From Bacillota bacterium (lineage in GTDB: Bacteria; Bacillota; Clostridia; Oscillospirales; QAMX01), in contig JAPXRI010000009.1 of NCBI GenBank assembly GCA_033813635.1, positions 2,858 to 66,857 on the forward strand: DNA of 64,000 nt, in the 5' to 3' direction. Below the pieces are notes generated by a model that had not been told where the DNA came from, made no database searches, and saw nothing but the letters and a program-made list of their open reading frames with translations. The position numbers and the translations under genes are program-made. This document shows, piece after piece, positions 37,959-48,321 of this stretch. Each line of letters begins with the position of its first letter. The stretch's first letter is position 1.

Positions 37959-39386
37959 TTGATGGAAAAAAATCTACAGGCAATCGGATATCTGCCGGAC
38001 GAAAAACCGACTTTTTGGAAGCTGATACTCTACGCGCTGCAGCAGGTGGTGGTCATGTTCCCGGCCACCGTCACGGTCGCGCTGATCACCGGCTTCCACG
38101 TCTCGACGACGATTTTCGCCAGCGGACTGGCCACGTTCTGCTTCATCCTTGTCACCGGAAGAAAAATCCCCCTTTACTACGGTTCCAGCTTTTCGTACCT
38201 GTCCGCAATATCCGGACTGCTGGCGAGCCAGGCTTTCTACGATAAGCTGAGCCCGGCGGCCCAGGCAGCGCTGGACTCGAATGCGGCCATCCTCCCCAAC
38301 GAAGTTCTGTCCTATGTCCAGTTCGGCATCGTGATGTCCGGTCTGGTCTCGATCGCCGCCGGGTTCCTCGTCAAGCTCTGCGGGACAAAATCGGTCGAAA
38401 AGATCCTTCCCGCTTCGATCACCGGCCCGATCGCGATGATTATCGGTCTCACTCTCGCCGGCAACGCCCTCAGCGACGCCGCCCCGCAGGCGGCCGCCGA
38501 CGTCCCCGTCTTAACCAGCGGCTGGGTATGGCTTGTCTCCCTCGCGACGCTTCTGTCCACCGTAGTGTTCTCCAAATACCTTAAGGGCTTTCTGGGCCAG
38601 CTTCCGCTCCTCCTCGGCGCCTGCGTCGGCTGCGTGTTTGCCGGTCTTCTCTACGCCTTCGGCGGCGCGGACATGAATATGTTCCGTACGCTGGCCGAGG
38701 AGACCACCTCCATCTTCGCCGTCCCGACTTTCACATTCCCGAAGGTGTCGTGGATCGCGGTCGCCGCCATCATGCCGATCGCCATTGCGACTATTCCTGA
38801 ATCCACAGCGCATATATACCAGCTTGACATTTACGTAAACGACCTTGCGAAGAAAAAGAAATCAACGAAAAAATACGACATCGCCGGCCTGCTCGGCAGG
38901 AACCTGGTGGGCGACGGCCTCGGCGATATGATAACAGGATTCATCGGCGGCCCCGCCGGCACAAACTACGGGGAAAACATCAGCACGATGGCTATCACAA
39001 AGGTCTTCTCCGTGCCGGTTCTGCTGGTCGCCGCCGTCATCGCGATGGCGATATCCTTCTTCACCCCGCTGGTCAACGCGATCTACGCGATCCCGACCGC
39101 CGTCATCGGCGGACTCGAGGTCTACCTGTTCGGCGCGATCGCCGCCCAGGGCGCGGCTATCATGATCGAAAAGAAGGTCGACATGTTCGATTCCAAGAAC
39201 ATCGCCGTCATCGCCTCGATCATGATTATAGGCCTCGGCGGACAGTATGCGTTCAGCGGCAACATCCCGTTCTTCGGCGTAGATGTCCCCTGCATCGCCG
39301 GCGCCGCGGTCTTCGGCATACTGCTGAACCTCCTCTTAAGCATCGGCGACAAAAAGGAAAAAGAGATAGTCAAGACCGAGGAGTAA
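37959..39386 (+). CDS. pyrP: Uracil/xanthine permease (NCS2 family)
   Basis: 475 aa polytopic protein. NCS2 motifs (ESTAHIY, GENISTMAITKV). Sits directly after pyrR. Confidence 0.85.
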   Translation: MMEKNLQAIGYLPDEKPTFWKLILYALQQVVVMFPATVTVALITGFHVSTTIFASGLATFCFILVTGRKIPLYYGSSFSYLSAISGLLASQAFYDKLSPAAQAALDSNAAILPNEVLSYVQFGIVMSGLVSIAAGFLVKLCGTKSVEKILPASITGPIAMIIGLTLAGNALSDAAPQAAADVPVLTSGWVWLVSLATLLSTVVFSKYLKGFLGQLPLLLGACVGCVFAGLLYAFGGADMNMFRTLAEETTSIFAVPTFTFPKVSWIAVAAIMPIAIATIPESTAHIYQLDIYVNDLAKKKKSTKKYDIAGLLGRNLVGDGLGDMITGFIGGPAGTNYGENISTMAITKVFSVPVLLVAAVIAMAISFFTPLVNAIYAIPTAVIGGLEVYLFGAIAAQGAAIMIEKKVDMFDSKNIAVIASIMIIGLGGQYAFSGNIPFFGVDVPCIAGAAVFGILLNLLLSIGDKKEKEIVKTEE

Positions 39387-39400
39387 TCCCCTCCATTATC

Positions 39401-39436
39401 AAATCCGTCCGGCTTAGCGAAAAGCCGGACGGATTT
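39401..39436. terminator. Bidirectional terminator
   Basis: 15-bp perfect stem AAATCCGTCCGGCTT / AAGCCGGACGGATTT. Confidence 0.7.
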
Positions 39437-39451
39437 ATTATGTCTGCTGTT

Positions 39452-40255
39452 TTATATATCCAATGCGAAAATATTCTGGTACCGCCTGCCCTGGGCGTAT
39501 ATCGCGCTGGTCTGCGGGATGTGGGCCACGCGCACCAGCCTCGCGCCGAGCTTTTCGCAGACGCGGACCGATGCGAGATTCGTCGGGTGGTTTGCAATCA
39601 GCACGCGCTTCATGCCGTGCCGGGCTGCGAGGGGCAGAATAAGCGCGGTCGCCGCGCCGGCGTAACCGTTGCCCCGCATCGAGTCGTCCACCGAAAAGCC
39701 GATATTCCCCTCCAGCGCGATATCCGGGCTGATCCCCGGCCTGAAATCCACCATGCCGATCTCCCCGCCGCCCACGCAAATAGCGAAGCGGTATCTCGGG
39801 ACCCCGCCGGGTTCCTTTTCGGTGTCTCTGAACTCCTTTGCCTCCACCGATACAACGCCGTCCGACGCACCGTTAAACGGCAAATACCCAGTAAACGGGT
39901 CGCAGGGAAAATAGTCGGAAAGCTCCGCTGTGCAGAACCGGTCTCCCCCGCCCCTCTTTTTAAAGCCCAGGCGCTCAAACACCCTGCCGTAAGCCCCGCC
40001 GGAGACAAGGTTTACCGCGCGGCACCCGAAGTCAAAAAACAGGCAGTGCAGTATCGCCTCCGCCGCCTCGAAAACCACGGCCTCGTCAAGGCCGGAGGGC
40101 AAACCGTCGAAACGGAGCACGGAAATCTCCCCTTCCCGGGAAAGCACGGCTCCGAAAAGCCTTTCGCCGCCCGCCTTGCGCTTTACAGCCCACAAAAGCG
40201 GGCGCTCCGGCTCGAGCGTAAGATTTTTCGTCTCTACGGGGTTGCCTTCGGTCAC
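39452..40255 (-). CDS. GNAT family N-acetyltransferase
   Basis: 267 aa. C-terminal GNAT core (RGNGYAGAATALILPLA...). Confidence 0.65.
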   Translation of the reverse strand: MTEGNPVETKNLTLEPERPLLWAVKRKAGGERLFGAVLSREGEISVLRFDGLPSGLDEAVVFEAAEAILHCLFFDFGCRAVNLVSGGAYGRVFERLGFKKRGGGDRFCTAELSDYFPCDPFTGYLPFNGASDGVVSVEAKEFRDTEKEPGGVPRYRFAICVGGGEIGMVDFRPGISPDIALEGNIGFSVDDSMRGNGYAGAATALILPLAARHGMKRVLIANHPTNLASVRVCEKLGARLVRVAHIPQTSAIYAQGRRYQNIFALDI

Positions 40256-40275
40256 GGCCTTCTCCTTTTAGGTTT

Positions 40276-42900
40276 TTATTTTTTCAGAACGGAAATAGCG
40301 TTTTCCAGCGCGGCCGCGTTGTCCTTCAGGTTCGAGGCCCTCTGCTTTTCGGACTCCACAATCGCCGCGGGCGCCTTCGACAAAAAGCCCTCATTGGAAA
40401 GCTTCGCCTCGAGCTTTGAAAGCTCGATCCTGGCCTTTGTAAGCTCCTTTTCCAGCCTCGCTATTTCCTTTTCGATGTCGACAAGCTCGCCGGTAGGGAT
40501 ATACAGATGGTCCGAGCCCGAGATCATGCCCGTCATCGCGCTCTCGTCAATCGCGGAGATATCGTCTATAAACTCAATGTCCGAAACGGACGCCAGCTTT
40601 TTAAACATCGGCTCGCTGCCGGTGTAGATCTCCCTGTCAGACGTGAGAATCGTGATCGAGGTCTTTTTCGACGGCGGGACATTCATTTCCGCGCGCCGGT
40701 TCCTGACCGTTCTGATCGCGCTCATCAGCTTCTCCGTCACGGCCCGCTCCTTCTCAAAGCTCATGTTCTCGTCGTACACCGGCCAGGAGGAGGTAATCAG
40801 CGCTTCGTCGTTTCCGGGCAGCGCGCCGTAGATTTCCTCCGTAACAAACGGAATGAACGGGTGCAGAAGCTTTAAAATGCCCTTGAGCACGTATAACAGC
40901 ACGCCCTTCGCACTGGCGGAGCCGGCCTCGTCGGCCAGCCTCGGCTTTGAGAACTCGATATACCAGTCGCAGAAGCTGTCCCAGACAAAATCGTAGAGCT
41001 TCTGCGCGGCTACGCCCAGCTCGTATTTTTCGATGTTGTCCGTAACCTCGGAGACAAGGCTGTTGAACGAGGTGAGTATCCACTTGTCCTCCCGGGAAAG
41101 CTCGTCCGGCAGCGGATAGGCCTTGCCGTCAAGGTGCATTATCACGAAGCGCGAGGCGTTCCAAAGCTTGTTGACGAAGTTGCGGTTGGACTCCACCCGC
41201 TCCGTGGTGAAGCGCGTGTCGTTTCCGGGCGAAACGCCGGTGACCAGGGTGAATCTCAGCGCGTCCGCCCCGTATTTCTCGATTACCTCGAGGGGGTCGA
41301 TCCCGTTCCCGAGGGATTTGGACATCTTGCGCCCCTGGGCGTCCCGGACGATACCGTGGATGAAGACCTTTTTAAAGGGCTCCTTTCCCATGTGCTCCAT
41401 GCCGGAGAAAATCATCCGCGCGACCCAGAAAAAGATGATGTCGTAGGCGGTGACCAGCACGCTCGTCGGGTAGAAATATGACAGCTCCGGCGTCTTCTCC
41501 GGCCAGCCGAGGGTTGAAAACGGCCACAGCGCGGAGGAGAACCAGGTGTCGAGCACATCGGGGTCCTGCTCCAGATTGCTGCTGCCGCATTTCGGGCAGA
41601 CCGCCGGGTCCTCCCGCGGAACGATTGTCTCGCCGCAGTCCTTGCAGTACCACGCCGGGATCTGATGCCCCCACCAGAGCTGGCGGGAGATGCACCAGTC
41701 GTGCACGTTTTCCATCCAGTTCAGATATATCTTCCCGAACCGCTCGGGCACGAACGCGATCCTCCCGTCCTTCACGACCTCGATCGCGGCCTTCGCCAGT
41801 GGCTCCATTTTTACAAACCACTGCTTCGACGCCATCGGCTCGACGGTGGTCCCGCAGCGGTAGCAGCAGCCCACATTGTGCTTAACCGGCTCTATTTTAA
41901 CCAGCAGTCCCTGCTCCTCAAGGTCCCTAACTACGGCCTTTCTCGCCTCGTACCTGTCGAGGCCGTTGTACTTTCCGCCGTTAATGATTTTGCCGTCCCC
42001 GTCCAGAATCAGGATTTCCGGCAGGGCGTGCCGCTTTCCCACCTCGAAATCGTTCGGGTCGTGGCACGGGGTGATCTTGACGCAGCCCGTCCCGAAGTCG
42101 GACTCGACGTACTCGTCCGTAATCACCGGAATCTCGCGGTTCATCAGCGGGAGGATTAGCGTCTTGCCGACGATTGCCTTGTACCTCTCGTCCGCCGGGT
42201 TGACGGCCACCGCCGTGTCGCCCAGCATCGTCTCGGGGCGCGTTGTCGCCACCGTGACATAGCCGCTCCCGTCGGCAAACGGGTATTTGATATGCCAGAA
42301 ATTGCCCTCTTTCTCCTCGTACTCGACTTCGGCGTCGGAGAGCGCGGTGGTGCATTTCGGGCAGTAGTTGATGATCCGGTTGCCCCGGTATATCAGGCCC
42401 TTTTCCCAGAGGGAGACGAACACCTCGCGGACGGCCTTGCTGCAGCCCTCGTCCATCGTAAAGCGCTCCCGCCGCCAGTCGCAGGAGGCGCCGAGCTTTT
42501 TCAGCTGGTTTATAATCCTGTCGCCGTACTGCTTTTTCCAGTCCCAGACAAGCCCGACGAACTTCTCGCGGCCGTAATCGTAGCGCGTCTTCCCCTCGGT
42601 CTTCCGGATATTCTCCTCAACCTTAATCTGTGTGGCGATTCCCGCGTGGTCCGTGCCCGGCACCCAGAGCGACGAATACCCCTGCATCCGCTTCACCCTG
42701 ATCAGGATGTCCTGCAGCGTCTCGTCCATCGCGTGCCCCATATGCAGCTGGCCGGTGACGTTCGGGGGCGGAATAACTATGCAAAACGGCTTTTTATTTT
42801 CATCGGCGTCAGCGTTGAAGCTGCCGCTCTCGATCCATTTTTTATAAATGCTGTCCTCGACCTCAGCCGGGTTATAGACCTTGTCAAGCTCCCTGCCCAT
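40276..42900 (-). CDS. valS: Valine--tRNA ligase
   Basis: HIGH-type motif ([13 protein letters not shown]), KMSKS, and a C-terminal coiled coil. The start is ATG at 42900 ([11 protein letters not shown]) with an AAGGGGA RBS. Confidence 0.95.
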   Translation of the reverse strand: MGRELDKVYNPAEVEDSIYKKWIESGSFNADADENKKPFCIVIPPPNVTGQLHMGHAMDETLQDILIRVKRMQGYSSLWVPGTDHAGIATQIKVEENIRKTEGKTRYDYGREKFVGLVWDWKKQYGDRIINQLKKLGASCDWRRERFTMDEGCSKAVREVFVSLWEKGLIYRGNRIINYCPKCTTALSDAEVEYEEKEGNFWHIKYPFADGSGYVTVATTRPETMLGDTAVAVNPADERYKAIVGKTLILPLMNREIPVITDEYVESDFGTGCVKITPCHDPNDFEVGKRHALPEILILDGDGKIINGGKYNGLDRYEARKAVVRDLEEQGLLVKIEPVKHNVGCCYRCGTTVEPMASKQWFVKMEPLAKAAIEVVKDGRIAFVPERFGKIYLNWMENVHDWCISRQLWWGHQIPAWYCKDCGETIVPREDPAVCPKCGSSNLEQDPDVLDTWFSSALWPFSTLGWPEKTPELSYFYPTSVLVTAYDIIFFWVARMIFSGMEHMGKEPFKKVFIHGIVRDAQGRKMSKSLGNGIDPLEVIEKYGADALRFTLVTGVSPGNDTRFTTERVESNRNFVNKLWNASRFVIMHLDGKAYPLPDELSREDKWILTSFNSLVSEVTDNIEKYELGVAAQKLYDFVWDSFCDWYIEFSKPRLADEAGSASAKGVLLYVLKGILKLLHPFIPFVTEEIYGALPGNDEALITSSWPVYDENMSFEKERAVTEKLMSAIRTVRNRRAEMNVPPSKKTSITILTSDREIYTGSEPMFKKLASVSDIEFIDDISAIDESAMTGMISGSDHLYIPTGELVDIEKEIARLEKELTKARIELSKLEAKLSNEGFLSKAPAAIVESEKQRASNLKDNAAALENAISVLKK

Positions 42901-42934
42901 CTTCTCATTCCCCTTGAGTGAAATATTAACGTTT

Positions 42935-42963
42935 ATTATATCATATCGCAACATAACTTACAA
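42935..42963 (-). promoter_or_regulatory. Candidate valS promoter (leader only ~30 nt)
   Basis: Minus strand TTGTAA (42963-42958), 17 nt spacer, TATAAT (42940-42935). Confidence 0.4.
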
Positions 42964-42967
42964 TAAT

Positions 42968-43015
42968 ATCTCTGTAAAAAGTCTTTTGTGAATCTCTGTA
43001 AAAAGTCTTTTGTGA
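42968..43015. repeat. Perfect 24-bp direct tandem duplication in the valS-rnfC divergent control region
   Basis: ATCTCTGTAAAAAGTCTTTTGTGA occurs at 42968-42991 and again at 42992-43015, identical base for base. Confidence 0.95.
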
Positions 43016-43045
43016 AAAATTGTTTTGCATTCATAATAACTAATA

Positions 43046-43074
43046 TTGCTTTTTTATATGATTTCATATATAAT
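43046..43074 (+). promoter_or_regulatory. Candidate rnf operon promoter
   Basis: TTGCTT (43046-51), 17 nt spacer, TATAAT (43069-74). Confidence 0.5.
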
Positions 43075-43250
43075 TTAATATATGTGGGCAGGGCGTGGCG
43101 CAAGCGGCCGGCGCTTTTTTAGGTAACCCGTCCCACCGCGTTTTGTCTTTTTTAACATGGCTCCGCGATTTCAACGTGATTAAGCGCTTTTCCGCCAAAA
43201 GCGTCATACATAAGCATAAGCATCAATTAGGCGGAGAAATGGGGAGAAAA

Positions 43251-44564
43251 ATGCAAATATCATTTCGCAAGATGCGCGGCGTAAACCTCGACCATATGAA
43301 GCGGACGAGATTGTCCGAAACAGTCGAAATGCCCGCGCCCGAATATGTCGTCGTGCCGATGAAACAGCATATCGGCGCGCCCTGCGAGCCCGTCGTCGCC
43401 GCCGGGGATTTTGTCTACGTCGGGCAAAAGGTCGGCGACTCGCAGGCCTTCGTCTCGTCTCCCGTGCATTCGCCGGTGTCCGGAACGGTCGTCGGAATCA
43501 CGGAGATCCTGTCCTCGGGCAACGAGAAAATCAAATGCGTAAAAATCAGGTCGGACGGCAAGCAGACGCTCGACCCCTCGATCGCTCCTCCTGTCATCAA
43601 TACGCGGGAGGATTTTATTAAGGCCGTCAGGGAGGCTGGCATCGTCGGCCTCGGCGGCGCGGGCTTTCCGACACATGTGAAGCTCGCCTATAAGGACATA
43701 GACAAGGTCAAAAAGCTCTATATCAACCTGGCTGAGTGCGAGCCATATATAACCGCGGACAACCGCGAGGTCTTCGAGAACGTCAACGGGATTATAAACG
43801 GGATCAAGCTCGTCCTTAAGTACACCGGCATTCCGGAGGCCGTCGTGGTAGTCGAGAACAACAAGCCGATAGGCACGCAGATTCTGGCGCTGCACCTCTC
43901 CGAGATACCGAACATCAGCCTCAAGGTTATCGGCTCGAAATACCCGAAGGGCGCGGAAAAAATACTGGTCTACGAGGCCGGCGGCCCCGTGATAGGGCGC
44001 GGCAAGCTCCCCGCTGACTGCGGTGTGATTGTGATGAACGTCTCCACCGTCGCCGCGATCGCTGGCTATGTCAAAACCGGCATGCCTCTGACCACCAGGC
44101 GCGTAACCCTCGACGGCGACATGATCACCTCGCCGAAAAACATCCGGGTCCCGATCGGCACCCCGGTCAGGGAGCTTTTGTCCTACTTCGGCATTGACGC
44201 GTCGAAGATCAAGATGCTGCTGGCCGGCGGCGCGATGATGGGCACCTGCGTAATCAACCTCGATTACCCCGTGACCAAGACGACGAACGCGCTTTTATGC
44301 TTCAACGAGTACTACGACAGGGATAAAACCCCTTGCATCCGCTGCGGCAGATGCATCCGGGTGTGCCCCCTAAAGCTCTCCCCGGCGATGATTGAAAAGG
44401 CCTACGACCGGCGCGACGTCAAGGCGCTTGAGGATCTGGACATCGAGCTGTGCATGAACTGCGGCTGCTGCTCCTACGTCTGCCCGGCAAAGCGCGACCT
44501 CTCGCATAAAAATCAGCTCGCGAAGACCTTTATCAAAAATCAAAGGGAAAAGGTCGAGAGATAA
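43251..44564 (+). CDS. rnfC: Rnf complex subunit C
   Basis: GIVGLGGAGFPTHVK NADH/FMN-type motif and two 4Fe-4S motifs (CIRCGRCIRVCP, CMNCGCCSYVCP). The start is ATG at 43251 or 43239; GGGGAG precedes 43251. Confidence 0.9.
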   Translation: MQISFRKMRGVNLDHMKRTRLSETVEMPAPEYVVVPMKQHIGAPCEPVVAAGDFVYVGQKVGDSQAFVSSPVHSPVSGTVVGITEILSSGNEKIKCVKIRSDGKQTLDPSIAPPVINTREDFIKAVREAGIVGLGGAGFPTHVKLAYKDIDKVKKLYINLAECEPYITADNREVFENVNGIINGIKLVLKYTGIPEAVVVVENNKPIGTQILALHLSEIPNISLKVIGSKYPKGAEKILVYEAGGPVIGRGKLPADCGVIVMNVSTVAAIAGYVKTGMPLTTRRVTLDGDMITSPKNIRVPIGTPVRELLSYFGIDASKIKMLLAGGAMMGTCVINLDYPVTKTTNALLCFNEYYDRDKTPCIRCGRCIRVCPLKLSPAMIEKAYDRRDVKALEDLDIELCMNCGCCSYVCPAKRDLSHKNQLAKTFIKNQREKVER

Positions 44565-44671
44565 ACATCTTTTAGAATATATTCCTTGAAGCTTACGGTT
44601 TTGCGCTTTCGGCCCTTCAATCCGAAATTCGGCGAAGCCGCGCAATTCCCGGAAAGAGGAAGTGTAAAAAT

Positions 44672-45601
44672 ATGTTAAAAGAAAATATGCTCGTCGTCAC
44701 CTCCTCCCCGCATATCAAGTCGAAGGTAACGACGCAGAAAATAATGCGGGATGTCATAATAGCCCTTTCTCCGGCCGTCGCGGCTTCGGTCTGGCTTTTC
44801 GGACCGGTTACGCTGCTCGCGACAGCTGTCAGCGTCGCCTCCTGCGTATTCTTCGAGTGGGGCTCGCAGAAGGTCTTCAAAAGACAGTCCGCGATATACG
44901 ACCTGAGCGCGGTGGTCACCGGCATACTGCTGGCGATGAACCTGCCGTCCACCGCCCCGCTCTGGGTATACCCGATAGGCGCGCTCTTCGCGATTGTCTT
45001 CGTTAAGCAGCTTTTCGGCGGCATCGGGCAGAACTTCGCAAACCCAGCGATAGTCGGCAGAATCATCCTCGTACTCTCGTTCACCGGACTCCTTTCAAAC
45101 TACGCGACGCCTTTCGCCTGGTATGACAAGTCCCTCGACGCGGTCACCTCCGCCACACCCCTCGTTAAGGGTGCGGTTCTTCCGTCCCTTACCGATATGC
45201 TGCTTGGCATCCGCGCCGGCGCGATGGGCGAGACCTGCGCGCTCGCGCTGATTCTCGGCGGGCTCTACCTGGTGGTAAGGGGCGTTATCTCCCCCGTGAT
45301 CCCGCTGTCGTTCATCGGCTCCGAGATGCTGCTGGCCTGGGCCTTCGGCGCGGACCCGCTCTATTCGCTTCTTTCCGGCGGTCTGCTGCTGGGCGCCATC
45401 TTCATGGCGACCGACTACTCGACGACGCCCTCGACCTTCGTCGGAAAGCTGATTTTCGGCGTTGGCTGCGGCCTGATCACGGCGGTGATCCGGAGCTTCG
45501 GATCGGCACCGGAGGGTGTCTCCTACTCGATACTGCTGATGAACATCGTCACCCCGCTGCTCGACAGGCACATAAGGCAAAAGCCGTTCGGCAGAGATTA
45601 A
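44672..45601 (+). CDS. rnfD: Rnf complex subunit D
   Basis: 309 aa polytopic NqrB/RnfD-like protein (SSPHIKS..., GFGGIGQNFANPA, SATPL). Confidence 0.9.
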   Translation: MLKENMLVVTSSPHIKSKVTTQKIMRDVIIALSPAVAASVWLFGPVTLLATAVSVASCVFFEWGSQKVFKRQSAIYDLSAVVTGILLAMNLPSTAPLWVYPIGALFAIVFVKQLFGGIGQNFANPAIVGRIILVLSFTGLLSNYATPFAWYDKSLDAVTSATPLVKGAVLPSLTDMLLGIRAGAMGETCALALILGGLYLVVRGVISPVIPLSFIGSEMLLAWAFGADPLYSLLSGGLLLGAIFMATDYSTTPSTFVGKLIFGVGCGLITAVIRSFGSAPEGVSYSILLMNIVTPLLDRHIRQKPFGRD

Positions 45602-45623
45602 GCTTAAGGGAGATGATTTTGTT

Positions 45624-46187
45624 TTGAAAAATATCAAACCGACACTGGTTTTACTGGTAATCTGCGTGATTGTGTCCGCCGCCCTTGCGGTGACCTACCA
45701 TTTCACTAAAACCGCGTCCGATATCGACCCCGATAAAATTATCGCCGAGATGACGGACGATTACAAGGAGGTCCTCCCGGGCGCGACGGCCTTTACATAT
45801 ATTGAGCGGACCGCGGATTACGCCAACGACACGCGGGGCGTGGCCGTCGAGTGGATTAAGAGCGACGCCGGCTACGCTATCACCGTTCACAGCTCCGGGC
45901 AATACGACTCCTCCCCGATAAGAATCCTTGTTGGCATCTCTTACGACGGCGTCGTAACGGGCGTGAAAATCCTGCGCATATCCGAAACGCCGGGCATGGG
46001 CTCGCGGGTCAACTCCTCCGGTTTTCTCTCGCGCTTCATCGGCGGCACTTATTTTTCCGTCGACGGAAGCGTCGGGACAAAGGTGGACACGATGACCAAC
46101 GCGACCTACTCGTCAAAGGCCGTGATATCCGCGGTCAACATCGCCCTTGACAAATTCGCAGAGCTAAACGGCGCGAAAGGAGACTGA
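45624..46187 (+). CDS. rnfG: Rnf complex subunit G (FMN-binding)
   Basis: N-terminal TM segment and an FMN_bind-type motif (SETPGMG, TNATYSSKAV). The ORF track gives a TTG start. Confidence 0.85.
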   Translation: MKNIKPTLVLLVICVIVSAALAVTYHFTKTASDIDPDKIIAEMTDDYKEVLPGATAFTYIERTADYANDTRGVAVEWIKSDAGYAITVHSSGQYDSSPIRILVGISYDGVVTGVKILRISETPGMGSRVNSSGFLSRFIGGTYFSVDGSVGTKVDTMTNATYSSKAVISAVNIALDKFAELNGAKGD

Positions 46188-46195
46188 AATAACCG

Positions 46196-46876
46196 ATGAA
46201 TTCCAACCTGCAAATCCTTAAAAACGGCATTATTGACGAGAACCCGACCCTCCGGCTGCTCCTCGGCATGTGCCCGCCGCTGGCGATTACCACCTCCGCC
46301 TCCAACGCGTTCGGCATGGGCCTCTCCACCACGGCCGTACTGGTCTGCTCAAACGCCGTTATTTCGGCGCTCAGGCGCGTAATAAAAAAGGAAGTCCGGC
46401 TCCCGGCGTACATAGTAATCGTCGCCGGCTTTGTCACAATCGTCAGCCTTGTGCTGCAGGCCTATCTCCCCTCGCTATACTCCGCGCTGGGGATATTCCT
46501 GCCGCTGATCGTGGTCAACTGCATCATCCTCGGCCGCGCCGAGATGTTCGCCAGCAAGAACCCCGTCATCCCGTCGATTTTCGACGGCATCGGCATGGGC
46601 CTCGGCTTTACCGGCGCGCTGCTGATCATAAGCACAATCCGGGAGGTTCTCGGGTCGATGAGCTGGTTCGGGCACGGCTTCTGGGGCGAGAACTCCTCCG
46701 GAATGCTGTTCTTCATCCTGCCCGCCGGCGGCTTCTTTGTAATAGGAATCCTGACCGCGCTGATAAACTACCTCTCCGATTACAAGCTTTCAAAGGTCAA
46801 GGGCTGCGCCGGCTGCCCGTCGGCCGCGCTCTGCTCCGAAGCCTGCGAGAATAAACAGAAGGAGGCCGTTTCATAA
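46196..46876 (+). CDS. rnfE: Rnf complex subunit E
   Basis: NPTLRLLLGMCPPLA... is typical of RnfE/NqrD. Confidence 0.9.
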   Translation: MNSNLQILKNGIIDENPTLRLLLGMCPPLAITTSASNAFGMGLSTTAVLVCSNAVISALRRVIKKEVRLPAYIVIVAGFVTIVSLVLQAYLPSLYSALGIFLPLIVVNCIILGRAEMFASKNPVIPSIFDGIGMGLGFTGALLIISTIREVLGSMSWFGHGFWGENSSGMLFFILPAGGFFVIGILTALINYLSDYKLSKVKGCAGCPSAALCSEACENKQKEAVS

Positions 46877-47475
46877 TGGAAGGCTGGAAGTCGATCGCCT
46901 CGATTCTGCTCGCCTCGATATTCATCGACAATTTCGTTCTGTCAAAGTTCCTCGGCATATGCTCGTTCCTCGGCGTGTCCAACAGGACCTCCAGCGCCCT
47001 CGGCATGAGCGGCTCCGTCGTCTTCGTAATGACGCTGTCGGCTGCGGTGGTCTGGCCGATATACCGCTACGTGCTCTACCCAAACGATCTCGGCTACCTG
47101 AAAATCGTGACCTTTATCCTGGTAATCGCTGTGCTGGTGCAGTGCGTTGAGATCGTGCTCAAGCGCTTTCTGCCGTTCCTGTACTCCGCCCTCGGCGTCT
47201 ACCTGCCGCTGATAACGACAAACTGCGCCGTCCTCGGCGTCGTGCTTTTGAACGTCAATGAGGATTACAACTTCGTGCAGTCTGTCGCCAACGCGTTCGG
47301 CGCGGGGGTGGGCTACAGCCTCGCGATCCTGATGTTCTCCGGCATCCGCGAAAAAATGGATACCTGCGACATCCCGAAGGCGTTCAAGGGCATGCCCTCG
47401 GCGCTGATTGCCGCGTCGATCGTCTCCCTGTCATTCGCGGGCTTTGCGGGCATCATCGAAGGCATTTTCGGTTAA
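46876..47475 (+). CDS. rnfA: Rnf complex subunit A
   Basis: RnfA/NqrE-like (NFVLSKFLGICSFLG). The ATG overlaps the rnfE TAA. Confidence 0.9.
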   Translation: MEGWKSIASILLASIFIDNFVLSKFLGICSFLGVSNRTSSALGMSGSVVFVMTLSAAVVWPIYRYVLYPNDLGYLKIVTFILVIAVLVQCVEIVLKRFLPFLYSALGVYLPLITTNCAVLGVVLLNVNEDYNFVQSVANAFGAGVGYSLAILMFSGIREKMDTCDIPKAFKGMPSALIAASIVSLSFAGFAGIIEGIFG

Positions 47476-47490
47476 ATCGGAGGTCAACCT

Positions 47491-48306
47491 ATGAGTTTTT
47501 ATCTTCCAATTATTCTGTTTGTCGCCCTCGCGGTGCTCTCCGGGGGGATACTGACGTTTTTGTCGATAAAATTCCCCGGCGAGGCCTCGGATATAGAGAT
47601 CAGCGTAAGAAACGCCCTCCCGGGCCTGAACTGCGGCATGTGCGGCTTCGCCGGCTGCGACGAGTACGCCACTAAAGCGGCAAAGGATAAAATCGCGCCG
47701 AACCTGTGCGTCCCCGGCGGCGCCAAGACCGCCGCGGCCATCAGCGAGCTCACCGGCGTCCCCTTCGAATCGGTGAAGGAGGTCGTCGCCTACGTCCACT
47801 GCAACGGAAACTACTCCGCGACGACGGATAAATACAACTACCGCGGCGTTCTCTCCTGCGCGGCCTCGAGCCTTTTCTACGGCGGGAGAAGCTCCTGCCG
47901 AGACGGCTGCCTGGGCTTCGGCGACTGCGCGGAGGTCTGCCCCTCCGGCGCGCTCAGCGTCACCAACGGCTGCGCGCATGTGGACGAGGCGCTATGCTCC
48001 GGCTGCATGCTCTGCACAAAGATATGTCCGAAGCACATCATCGTGCCAAAGCCGAAATACGCGCCCGTCGCCGTCACCTGCAGCTCAAAGCTTTTAGGCA
48101 AGGATATCCGCCTCGTATGCAAAAACGGCTGCATCGCCTGCAAGCGCTGCGAAAAGAGCTGCGAATCCGGCGCGGTAAAGGTTATGGACAATTTCGCGAA
48201 AATCGACTACTCCCTGTGCACCAACTGCGGCAAATGCGCCGAGGTATGCCCCGTCGGCTGCATTAAAGACGCGCGCAAAACATTGACGGTTGAAAAAGCG
48301 GTATAA
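47491..48306 (+). CDS. rnfB: Rnf complex subunit B (polyferredoxin)
   Basis: N-terminal TM segment, LPGLNCGMCGFAGCDEYA, and several CxxCxxCxxxCP clusters. Confidence 0.9.
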   Translation: MSFYLPIILFVALAVLSGGILTFLSIKFPGEASDIEISVRNALPGLNCGMCGFAGCDEYATKAAKDKIAPNLCVPGGAKTAAAISELTGVPFESVKEVVAYVHCNGNYSATTDKYNYRGVLSCAASSLFYGGRSSCRDGCLGFGDCAEVCPSGALSVTNGCAHVDEALCSGCMLCTKICPKHIIVPKPKYAPVAVTCSSKLLGKDIRLVCKNGCIACKRCEKSCESGAVKVMDNFAKIDYSLCTNCGKCAEVCPVGCIKDARKTLTVEKAV

Positions 48307-48321
48307 CGAAGGATACAAAGG

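Noticed and set aside
42968-43015. Whether the 24-bp repeat is a CRISPR array or a Rex operator.
   Set aside because: There are only two directly abutting copies with no spacers and no cas genes, so it is not CRISPR. Only direct TTGTGAA half-sites are present and no TTCACAA inverted partner, so a canonical Rex box cannot be claimed.
43098-43125. Small hairpin plus T-run (AAGCG-GCCGG-CGCTT-TTTT) in the rnfC leader as an attenuator.
   Set aside because: The stem is only about 5 bp and half of the T-run would be consumed by pairing. I could not find an alternative antiterminator pairing, so the evidence is too weak.
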